29,367 nt of DNA, taken from positions 1 to 29,367 of IMG/VR virus record IMGVR_UViG_3300011335_000408. One strand, given 5' to 3'. The translations under genes were made by a program, and so were the position numbers. The notes under the pieces are model-generated. The model saw nothing but the letters and a program-made list of their open reading frames with translations, had not been told where the DNA came from and searched no databases. Shown piece after piece: positions 9,645 through 17,741 of this stretch. How positions within the stretch are numbered: position 1 is the first letter of the stretch; every line of letters starts with the position of its first letter. The stretch comes from a virus (Duplodnaviria; Caudoviricetes).

Positions 9645-10432
9645 CACAACAAGAGCAACAGGCATATTGGAATAAGTGGAACAAGTTTCAACAAAGATAT
9701 GAGAAGTTGTATGAGCCTAAGTTTCATAAAGCTTTAAAGATTCAGTTGGATGCATTTATAAAGACACAGGATCCTATGACATTGCCAGTGTTCCCAATCT
9801 ATGAGGTGTTAGTATCTTTGTATAAGACGGTGGGGCCAGCGTGGGCTAGAGTAACTAGAACAGAATCAATAAAGGCTGATGATGCATTTGTTAGTGGTCA
9901 AATGGGGTTTAATGAAAGGATAGTAGAGTTAATGAATCAGTACTATGGTATTGATTTGTTGAATGATGCAAACCTAATGACAAGTTATAGCACATCATTC
10001 ATACAACAGGTGTTAAGTGATGCGGCTGTAACAGGTGCCTCATTTGATGATATAGTAAGGCAGTTGTTGGTTAGTCCGGCATTCAATGCAATGAGGGCAA
10101 GGAGGATAGCAAGGACTGAGACTGTTACCAGTGCAAATGGTGCTGCTATGATTTATGCTAATGAATCAGGCAATGTAATGGAGAAAGTATGGATAGCAGT
10201 AAAGGATAGTAGAACGAGGCATGATCATAAAATGGTAGACGGTACTAGGTTACCAATTGAGACACCATTTACTTTGACAAATGCAAAACTTGGTGATATT
10301 GGAATGATGCAACCTGGTGTGAGAACACAACCAAATGGGTTGGCAGTTCCAGCTAGTGAGGTAGTTAATTGCAGATGTACGGTGGCATTTCAAGCTAAGA
10401 GGGACAGGAATGGTAGAATAATTAGAAGATAG
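9641..10432 (+). CDS. Minor head protein (Mu gpF / SPP1 gp7-like)
   Basis: RARRIARTETV, KVWIAVKDSRTRHDH..VDG and VNCRC signatures. Confidence 0.9.
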   Translation: MTQQEQQAYWNKWNKFQQRYEKLYEPKFHKALKIQLDAFIKTQDPMTLPVFPIYEVLVSLYKTVGPAWARVTRTESIKADDAFVSGQMGFNERIVELMNQYYGIDLLNDANLMTSYSTSFIQQVLSDAAVTGASFDDIVRQLLVSPAFNAMRARRIARTETVTSANGAAMIYANESGNVMEKVWIAVKDSRTRHDHKMVDGTRLPIETPFTLTNAKLGDIGMMQPGVRTQPNGLAVPASEVVNCRCTVAFQAKRDRNGRIIRR

Positions 10433-10462
10433 TTAAGAGATGTTTAAGAGACATTTAAGAGA
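10433..10462 (+). repeat. Three TTAAGAGA direct repeats with 11-bp period
   Basis: Copies at 10433, 10444 and 10455. Confidence 0.8.
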
Positions 10463-10468
10463 TAAGAT

Positions 10469-10557
10469 ACTTGGTTGGCGTAATTGGGAATGAATACCAA
10501 CATTAGGAAACGCCCTTACATAGTAGGAAGATAAGGGTGCAAATCCCTTACCAGGTA
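10469..10557 (+). ncRNA. tRNA-like RNA 1 (expanded D-loop, collapsed anticodon loop)
   Basis: Acceptor ACTTGGT/ACCAGGT, D stem GCGT/ACGC, stem CTTAC-ATA-GTAGG, T arm AAGGG-TGCAAAT-CCCTT. No encoded CCA. Confidence 0.7.
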
Positions 10558-10590
10558 CTAAAAAAAAGTAATTACATTTTAAAATAAAAT

Positions 10591-10603
10591 AGTAACTTTA
10601 TAC
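10591..10603 (+). promoter_or_regulatory. Candidate late promoter AGTAACTTTATAC
   Basis: Matches the 6305 motif at 12 of 13 positions. Ends 2 nt before the protease ATG. Confidence 0.5.
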
Positions 10604-10605
10604 CA

Positions 10606-11349
10606 ATGAACAGTATTTACACAATAAAGGACATTTCAATAGCATCTGAGATAATGGATATGAATCCAATACAGGGCATTGTAACTGGTTACTTTAGCAA
10701 GTTCAATAATGTTGATGCAGATGGAGACATCATGAAGCCTGGAGCATTTACTAAGACAATTAGTGAGCAAGGCCCGGCATCAGCACAACCGAGAATAAAG
10801 CATTTGCTTAACCATGATCCTGCACAACCTTTGGGCAAATTACTAAGTTTAAAGGAAGATGCTTATGGCTTGTATTATGAGAGCCAAGTGGGAACGCATG
10901 AGGGCGGTGAGGACTTTATAAAAATGGTTGAGAGTGGATTAATAACTGAGCATTCAATTGGGTTTAAAATAATTAAGCGTAACCAAGTCCAATCCTATGA
11001 AAACTATTTACGCAATCCATCATTAGGCCAGTTTGAGATTACTGAGGTAAAGTTATATGAGGGTAGTTCATTGACGGCATGGGGTGCTAACGCACTTACA
11101 CCAATCACATCACTTAAGGGTGATAAGAATTTAGATGTAGACATGATAGTAGCTAAGACGGCTGCTATTGATAAGTTCTGCAGAAACACAACGGCAACAG
11201 ATGATACAATACAGATGTTGTTGTTACATAGCAAACAATTAGCTCAGTTAATTCTAGATATGAAATCTAACACTACTCAACCGGATAACACCATTGAGCC
11301 AGTAGATGAAACATTGGATATTATAAGAGCGTTTAGAAATAAAATTTAA
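10606..11349 (+). CDS. HK97-family prohead protease
   Basis: GYFSKFNNVDADGD, LLNHD, HSIGF and LYEGSSLTAWGAN motifs. Confidence 0.93.
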   Translation: MNSIYTIKDISIASEIMDMNPIQGIVTGYFSKFNNVDADGDIMKPGAFTKTISEQGPASAQPRIKHLLNHDPAQPLGKLLSLKEDAYGLYYESQVGTHEGGEDFIKMVESGLITEHSIGFKIIKRNQVQSYENYLRNPSLGQFEITEVKLYEGSSLTAWGANALTPITSLKGDKNLDVDMIVAKTAAIDKFCRNTTATDDTIQMLLLHSKQLAQLILDMKSNTTQPDNTIEPVDETLDIIRAFRNKI

Positions 11350-11372
11350 TCAAATTACAAAAACCATAAGAC

Positions 11373-12575
11373 ATGGAAAAGAAAGAATTAATGCAAGAAT
11401 TGGAAGCGTTAAAATCAACACTTGAAGCTTCAATATCTGAGAAAACTAAGTCTGAGATTGCTGATCAATTGAAATCAGTAGTTACAGCAGTTGATGAGAA
11501 AATCAACGCATTTGGCAACGGTAGTGATTCAGCTGAGGCTGTAAAAGCTATGACAGATGAATTCAACAAATTGAAAGCTGAGCAAGCTGCAATTTTGAAA
11601 GGATTTGATTTGTTGCAAACAAGAGTAAAATCTTCATCTACATCTAGCATGGAGAAAAAATCTTTTGGACAATTATTTACTGAAGGAATGGAAGAGAATT
11701 TTGACCATATCCAAAACGTAAAGAAGGGTAAGCCATTCCGTATGGAAATCAAAGCTGTTGGAAACATGACTTTGTCTAACAACTTAACTGGTGATGGTGT
11801 TGCATCTTATGCAGCTACACAAGCTTTATTGCCAAGTCAAAAAATCAACTTTAGAGATTTGATGCCAACTGCAATCAGTCCAACTGGTTTGTACGTACAA
11901 TATCGTGAGACTGGTGGTGAGGGTGCTATTGCGGTACAAACTGAGGGAGCTAGCAAAGGTCAAGTAGATTACGATTTATCAGAAATCAAAATCGTTGAAG
12001 ATTATATTGCAGGCTTTGCACGTTTTTCAAAGCAAATGGCTAAGCAATTACCATTTATGCAAACAACTCTTCCAAGATTGTTACTTAGAGATTTCTACAA
12101 GGCTGAGAATGCTGCATTTTTCACTGCTGTAAGTGGTGCTGCAACAGGATCAACTGCATCAGCTGAGACTGATGCTATCAAATTCATCGTTGATGCAATT
12201 GCTGCTCAAATGACTGCTAACTACAATGCATCTTATGCGTTAGTATCACACACACAATTGGCACGTTTAAACAAGCTTTTGTATGTTAATGGGTACTATC
12301 AGGGATCAGGTGGTATCTTGTCAAGTGTTAACGGAAACGTAGCAATCAGTGGTACACCAATCTTACCAGCATCTTGGGTAACTGATGATAAAATCTTAAT
12401 CATTGATAGAGATTATCTTGAGAGAGTTGAAACTGAAGCTATCACTGTTGAATTCTCAATGGAAGATTCAGACAACTTCACTAAAAACTTAATCACTGCA
12501 CGTATTGAGTGTTTAGAAGATGTTAACTTAATGATGCCTGCATCTGCATTATATGCTGATTTCGGTAACGTATAG
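11373..12575 (+). CDS. HK97-fold major capsid protein
   Basis: N-terminal coiled-coil delta domain, EGASKGQ, IAGFARFSKQM and DNFTKNLITARIECL. Follows the protease. Confidence 0.95.
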   Translation: MEKKELMQELEALKSTLEASISEKTKSEIADQLKSVVTAVDEKINAFGNGSDSAEAVKAMTDEFNKLKAEQAAILKGFDLLQTRVKSSSTSSMEKKSFGQLFTEGMEENFDHIQNVKKGKPFRMEIKAVGNMTLSNNLTGDGVASYAATQALLPSQKINFRDLMPTAISPTGLYVQYRETGGEGAIAVQTEGASKGQVDYDLSEIKIVEDYIAGFARFSKQMAKQLPFMQTTLPRLLLRDFYKAENAAFFTAVSGAATGSTASAETDAIKFIVDAIAAQMTANYNASYALVSHTQLARLNKLLYVNGYYQGSGGILSSVNGNVAISGTPILPASWVTDDKILIIDRDYLERVETEAITVEFSMEDSDNFTKNLITARIECLEDVNLMMPASALYADFGNV

Positions 12576-12603
12576 TAAATAGTTCGTTTGTTTGATGATG
12601 ATA

Positions 12604-12633
12604 AAGGCCTCACCTCTAGGGGTGGGGCTTTTT
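12604..12633 (+). terminator. Rho-independent terminator after the capsid gene
   Basis: GCCTCACC / GGTGGGGC stem followed by T5. Confidence 0.85.
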
Positions 12634-12647
12634 AAAATAAATAAATC

Positions 12648-13166
12648 ATGGTAGATTATAACAGTATCTTAGATGTTCAATTTCAGGATGGGGAAATTAC
12701 GGAGCCAGTTACATTAACTGAGGCAAAGAATTTTTGTAAGATAGACATCAGTACTGATGATGATTTGATTAATTTATTGATAACTGCTGCAAGGCAAATG
12801 TGTGAAGCTTACACTGGTGTTGGATTTGTAGAGCATGATGTAGTAGCAGTGCTTAACAATATGAATGGAGACATTTACATTCCTTATGGCCCAATGATAG
12901 CCATTAATAGTGTGGAGAATGAGCAAGGAACGGTGTTGATATTAGATACCAATTACACAATTGGTGGCAATGAGTTTAAGCGTTTGAAAACACCTTTGCA
13001 AAATAACATTACCATTGATTATACAACAGGTTACACAACATTACCGGAGGCATTAAAGACGGCATTACTTAACCAGGTATATTACTTGTATGACAACAGA
13101 TCAGTAGGAGTGGATGATATCAGTCCAATAGCTAAGATAATTTTAAACCTTTACAAGCGTGTATAA
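12648..13166 (+). CDS. Head-tail connector (HK97 gp6-like)
   Basis: EPVTLTEAKNFCKID...DDDLI..LITAARQMCEAYTG and LPEALKTALL...YLYDNR. Confidence 0.9.
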   Translation: MVDYNSILDVQFQDGEITEPVTLTEAKNFCKIDISTDDDLINLLITAARQMCEAYTGVGFVEHDVVAVLNNMNGDIYIPYGPMIAINSVENEQGTVLILDTNYTIGGNEFKRLKTPLQNNITIDYTTGYTTLPEALKTALLNQVYYLYDNRSVGVDDISPIAKIILNLYKRV

Positions 13167-13740
13167 ATTAAATCGTAGAGTTACTATCAATAGATACACA
13201 ACAAGCTTGAATGAGTTTGGAGGATTGGTTAGTGTACTTACTGGTAGTTGGTCTAAGTGGGCTGATGTAGAGAATAGAGACGGCTCTACTGCTAAAAGCT
13301 ATGACCAAAATCAGTGGACTTATGACCAAAATTTTGTGTTAAGGTATGAGCGTGAAAGACCTACAAGGAGTAATGATGTGATAGAGTATGAATCACAATT
13401 TTACAAGATTAATTCAATACAAATAAGAACGGAGGGAGCAAAGTCATTCGAATATATTAAGGCAACAAAATTAGATGAAAATATTAACTCAGATGCACCA
13501 ATGGACACAGGCAATATCAAAGTTTACAACTACATAGCTGAGGGTGGCGAGTATCAATTTACTTACAATGGGTTAGTTGGTAAAAATGTTTTTGGTGCCT
13601 TTAAAGACGGCATACAATACCTGGTAATTACATCGGGCAGTCCAGTGGGTAAAGAGGTGTTATACAATAGTGCTACAGGTGAGTTTACTTGGAGTGCATA
13701 TTTTGAAGCTAATGAAGTTGCAACAATATTATACTACTAA
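13159..13740 (+). CDS. Head-closure protein (SPP1 gp16-like) with an extra C-terminal domain
   Basis: LNRRVTI...NEFGG...WADV...YKINSI core of about 105 aa, plus about 85 extra residues. Confidence 0.8.
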   Translation: MYKLNRRVTINRYTTSLNEFGGLVSVLTGSWSKWADVENRDGSTAKSYDQNQWTYDQNFVLRYERERPTRSNDVIEYESQFYKINSIQIRTEGAKSFEYIKATKLDENINSDAPMDTGNIKVYNYIAEGGEYQFTYNGLVGKNVFGAFKDGIQYLVITSGSPVGKEVLYNSATGEFTWSAYFEANEVATILYY

Positions 13741-14333
13741 TGCAGATAGAAGTAAAAGGATTAGACACGCTGATTAAAAAGTTTGACACCTTATCTAAAA
13801 AAGTACAAGGTGAAGTACAATCTGCGTTAAATTCTTGGGCAGATGATACTGCAGCAAATGCTAAATCTTTAGTTGCAGCAAATAGTAGTGATGAAGGAGC
13901 GTTATTGAGAAGTATAAGCCCTATTTATGGCAATGGTTCTGCAAGAGTAGTGGCTACGGCTAAATATGCAGCATATATAGAATTTGGCACTAGAAAATAT
14001 GCAGCAGCTTATGTATCAACATTGCCAGCAGATTGGCAAGCTTATGCTGCAACATTTAAGGGTAAAGCAGGAGGTGATTATTATGATTTCTTAAATGCTA
14101 TTTTAGATTGGGTAAAGAGAAAAGGAATAACAGCAAGATACTCAGTTAAAACAAAAAAGAGGTTAAGAAATTCGAAGGCAGATGATGAAAGATTGGTAGA
14201 AGCGGCTCAAGCAATAGCTTTATCTATTTTGAGAAATGGAATACAAGCAAAACCTTTTTTATATCCATCGGTAAATAAAACTTTACCTAAATTAAAAAAG
14301 GATTTGAGAAGTATTTTAAAAAATATCAGTTAA
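13740..14333 (+). CDS. HK97 gp10-like neck/tail completion protein
   Basis: VKGLDTL, G.LLRSI, YAAYIEFGT and AKPFLYP motifs. Confidence 0.9.
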   Translation: MQIEVKGLDTLIKKFDTLSKKVQGEVQSALNSWADDTAANAKSLVAANSSDEGALLRSISPIYGNGSARVVATAKYAAYIEFGTRKYAAAYVSTLPADWQAYAATFKGKAGGDYYDFLNAILDWVKRKGITARYSVKTKKRLRNSKADDERLVEAAQAIALSILRNGIQAKPFLYPSVNKTLPKLKKDLRSILKNIS

Positions 14334-14335
14334 TT

Positions 14336-14761
14336 ATGAGAGACGTAAACAGTGCAATATTACAAGCTTACTATGAGATAGTAAATGGGTTAGATATTCC
14401 TGTTTATGAGGGTGAGGAACCTGATGATGTGAAGCATAAGATTTATTGCGTTATCAATGATGCAACATCAACTGAAACAAGCACAAACAATTCATCAGAT
14501 GTAAATTTAACAATTCAGTTGAGCGTTCATAGTTGGGAATACAAGTACAACAACAGTAAAACATTAAATACAGCGTGTGGGGCAATTATAGACGCAATAA
14601 AGCCACAAGGGGTGTCAAACATAGATTTATCAGCCTTTGGATTACAAATGTGTAATTTGACCTTACAAACAGATAGGACAGAAAGATTTGGCAATTTGGG
14701 TGGAAAAGTATTTATTTCAAGGATATTGATTTTTAAACAAGATATTTTCGTAATTTCATAA
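14336..14761 (+). CDS. Tail terminator/completion protein
   Basis: Position between gp10-like and tail tube genes, size, and PVYE...IQLSVHSW pattern. Confidence 0.75.
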   Translation: MRDVNSAILQAYYEIVNGLDIPVYEGEEPDDVKHKIYCVINDATSTETSTNNSSDVNLTIQLSVHSWEYKYNNSKTLNTACGAIIDAIKPQGVSNIDLSAFGLQMCNLTLQTDRTERFGNLGGKVFISRILIFKQDIFVIS

Positions 14762-14781
14762 CAAATTAAAACTTAAATAAA

Positions 14782-15213
14782 ATGGCAGAACACAAAGTAG
14801 CCGGTGGTACGATGTTATTATTCATTGATCCAGCGGGTGGAACAGATTACGATACAGTAGTTTGTTTAACTTCAGTAAGCAAAGCAGATTCAGTAACAGT
14901 TGTTGATGCAGCGTCAGCATGTGGCCCGGATAAAAGTCCTGGTACATTAGAGTTGTCTTATGCATTTGAAGGACAACATTTACAAGATCCTACAACTGGT
15001 AAAATCAGTGGAACATCACTTCGTCAATTATTGCGTAGCAAAACTACAATAGGATGGAAGATAGCACCTGAAACACCAGTAACTGGAGATGAGATTGAAA
15101 GTGGCACAGGATTCTTATCTGAATTAAGCTCAACCTATGCATTTGATTCTATCGGAACATTCACAGGATCTATACAGCCTCAAGGAGAGCCAACTTTATC
15201 TATCCAAGCTTAA
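14782..15213 (+). CDS. Major tail tube protein
   Basis: VAGGTMLLFID, CLTSVS, GTGFLSELS and TFTGSIQPQG patterns typical of siphovirus tube proteins. Syntenic position. Confidence 0.85.
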   Translation: MAEHKVAGGTMLLFIDPAGGTDYDTVVCLTSVSKADSVTVVDAASACGPDKSPGTLELSYAFEGQHLQDPTTGKISGTSLRQLLRSKTTIGWKIAPETPVTGDEIESGTGFLSELSSTYAFDSIGTFTGSIQPQGEPTLSIQA

Positions 15214-15225
15214 TTAATAATATAG

Positions 15226-15265
15226 GTTAATTTGATTGGCTTGTAAATAAGTCAATCAAATTAAC
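15226..15265. promoter_or_regulatory. 18-bp hairpin between tail tube and chaperone genes
   Basis: GTTAATTTGATTGGCTTG-TAAA-TAAGTCAATCAAATTAAC (two G-U pairs). No poly-T tail. Confidence 0.75.
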
Positions 15266-15286
15266 TATTATCTAAAACAAACAAAA

Positions 15287-15634
15287 ATGAAAATCAAATT
15301 AAACGGACGTGAGTACGGTATTAAATTCAATCAATTAGCCATTGAGAAGCTTCATGAGTTTAACGATGGTGAGACTACATCAGGCTTTATGTATGCTATG
15401 GTGTACGGTGGTATGTTGGGTTACAGCAGATTAAAGCGTGAAGATGTAGATTATACTTGGGAAAATGTATGTGATTGGGTAGATGATATGGAGGATAAGA
15501 ATGAGCAGATACAAGCTGTAACTATATTGCTTAATGAGACTAAAGTATGGAATGACCTTATAAAGCAAGGTCAAGAGATTAAGGATAATGAGGAGAAAAA
15601 AAAAGCCATAGAGAGCAGTGCTACGACAACTTAA
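15287..15634 (+). CDS. Tail assembly chaperone (gpG-like)
   Basis: Lies between tube and tape measure genes. Ends EEKKK over an A9 run. Confidence 0.85.
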   Translation: MKIKLNGREYGIKFNQLAIEKLHEFNDGETTSGFMYAMVYGGMLGYSRLKREDVDYTWENVCDWVDDMEDKNEQIQAVTILLNETKVWNDLIKQGQEIKDNEEKKKAIESSATTT

Positions 15635-15921
15635 AGTTTGCTTTAGGCAAGTTAGGTTGGAGTGTTGATGAATATTATTGCTCAATGCCTCATGAGTTTT
15701 ATGCAGCGTGTGAGGGATATTTAGAGAGGCAAAAGGAATCGGCTATGGTCATTCGTTTTGCCTCTTTTCGTGTAGCTGAGGCTATGGCTGGGAGTAAAGC
15801 AATAGGTAAAATTAATAAGTTTTGGCCGATGGAGGATGATAGTGATAAAAAAGAGGTAGAGCCAATGACGGCTGATAGATATAAAGCTATTTTAGAGCGA
15901 CACAATTTAAAGATTAAATAA
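15595..15921 (+). CDS. Tail assembly chaperone extension (gpT-like), via -1 frameshift at G AAA AAA AAA G
   Basis: The -1 frame is open from the A9 run (15596-15604): KSHREQCYDNLKFALGKLGWSVDEYYCSMPHEF... to the stop at 15921. Confidence 0.85.
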   Translation, partial: EKKSHREQCYDNLKFALGKLGWSVDEYYCSMPHEFYAACEGYLERQKESAMVIRFASFRVAEAMAGSKAIGKINKFWPMEDDSDKKEVEPMTADRYKAILERHNLKIK

Positions 15922-17741
15922 TGGCAGAAGAGATAGAGATAATAGTAACGGCAACAGGATTTGATAAGGTTAGTTCAGGGCTTAAAAATACATCTGAGGC
16001 ACTTAAGTCAACAGCTACTGAGGCAAAGAAAACTGGAGACGCATTAAAAACCAATTTAAACGCTGGTTCTGCACAGGCTGGACAATCATTACAGAATCTA
16101 TCTAGGTTAGCACAGGATGCCCCATTTGGCTTTATAGGTATTCAGAATAACATAACTCCATTAGTAGAATCATTTGGTAGATTAAGAGCTGAGACTGGTA
16201 GCACTGGTGGAGCGTTAAAAGCGTTGGTTGGTGGGTTAAGTGGGCCTGCTGGTCTTGGGTTAGCATTTGGGGTAGCTACTGCTGCTATAACATTTGCGCA
16301 GATTGGATTACAAGCTTGGAGTAGAGGAAGTAAAGAAGCAAAAGAAGCAGCATTCCTGTTTCAAGACCAATTAAGCAATTTAGAAATAGGATTTAAAACA
16401 TTAAAACTTTCAATACAAAGTACAAATGAGCAGTTAGCATTTCAAGAAAAAGTATCTAATATTAGATTTAATATAGGCAATACAGATGACTTTGCAAGGT
16501 CATTAAATGCATTAACTACACAATTTGATACATTAGGTACTGCATTTGATAATACAACTAAACAAAGAGATGAATATTTAGCTAAAATAGCTGAAGCTGA
16601 AGGGATTGTATATCGTTTACAATCAGCAGAAGGTGAACACACAAAAGAATTAGAAAGAGCAAATAAAGTATTAGATGAAGCTAATGCTGGTTATGATACT
16701 GCAGTAAAAAAACTTGGAGATATAGGTTTACAACGTGTTATAGTTACTGAGCAATTAAAATTAGAAAAAGTAAATCAAGAGAAATTAAATGCTGCTAAAT
16801 TAAAGGAGGTTGAAACTATTGATAAAGTTTTAGCTAAATTAAGAGAAGCAATAAGAGACCAAATAGATATAGGAATAACATTTAACGTATCAACATTAAA
16901 AGAACAAGCTAATTTAGTAAAAGGTACAATAACTAAATTAATTACTGATTTTAATTTAGATCCTAATAGCAGTATAATATTAAAATTAAAGGCTGATTTA
17001 AAGGGTTTAGAAATGGCTATTAAAAGGGAAAATGTAATTATCCCTGTATCATTAGAATTAAAAAATGATAAAACAAAGCCATTATTTGATAGTGTAAAAA
17101 TAAAATCGTTAGAATTACCTTCTTTAGATGATGTAAGAACAAGTGCAAAATTAGCTGAATTATTTAGTGGATTACCTCCTGAATTTTTTAAGCCATTTAA
17201 TGAAAAAACTTTACAAGGAATAAGCAATCAATTTAACAGCACATTTGAAACAATAGCTGAAGATGTAGCCATTTTATTTGGTCAAACATTAGGTGATGCA
17301 TTGACAGGACAAGGTAGTATAGATAATTTTTTTCAAGGTATTTATAAATCATTAGGAGCTAATTTAGAAGAGTTAGGTAAATACTTAGTAAAGACAGCCA
17401 TTGAGATTGAATTAATACAAAAAACATTATTTACCAATCCATTTTTGGCTATTGCTGGAGGTATAGCTTTAATAGCTATTGGTAGAGCCATAACAAATTC
17501 AATGAATAGAAATGCATTTGCAGTTGGTACACGTAACGCACCAGGTGGAATGGCATTAGTGGGAGAGCGTGGGCCTGAATTAATTAATTTACCAAGAGGC
17601 AGTCAAGTAATCCCAGCAGCGCAAACATCTAACATGCTTGGTGGTGTTGGTGGAGGGATAGAGATTTACGGAATATTACGAGGTCAAGATATTTATTTTA
17701 GTAACAAAAAATATAGTGCTACTTATGCACGTACAACATAA
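15921..17741 (+). CDS. Tape measure protein
   Basis: Ala/Gly-rich helical protein with QDAPFGFIGIQNNI and C-terminal FAVGT...LVGERGPEL. Follows the chaperones. Confidence 0.92.
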   Translation: MAEEIEIIVTATGFDKVSSGLKNTSEALKSTATEAKKTGDALKTNLNAGSAQAGQSLQNLSRLAQDAPFGFIGIQNNITPLVESFGRLRAETGSTGGALKALVGGLSGPAGLGLAFGVATAAITFAQIGLQAWSRGSKEAKEAAFLFQDQLSNLEIGFKTLKLSIQSTNEQLAFQEKVSNIRFNIGNTDDFARSLNALTTQFDTLGTAFDNTTKQRDEYLAKIAEAEGIVYRLQSAEGEHTKELERANKVLDEANAGYDTAVKKLGDIGLQRVIVTEQLKLEKVNQEKLNAAKLKEVETIDKVLAKLREAIRDQIDIGITFNVSTLKEQANLVKGTITKLITDFNLDPNSSIILKLKADLKGLEMAIKRENVIIPVSLELKNDKTKPLFDSVKIKSLELPSLDDVRTSAKLAELFSGLPPEFFKPFNEKTLQGISNQFNSTFETIAEDVAILFGQTLGDALTGQGSIDNFFQGIYKSLGANLEELGKYLVKTAIEIELIQKTLFTNPFLAIAGGIALIAIGRAITNSMNRNAFAVGTRNAPGGMALVGERGPELINLPRGSQVIPAAQTSNMLGGVGGGIEIYGILRGQDIYFSNKKYSATYARTT

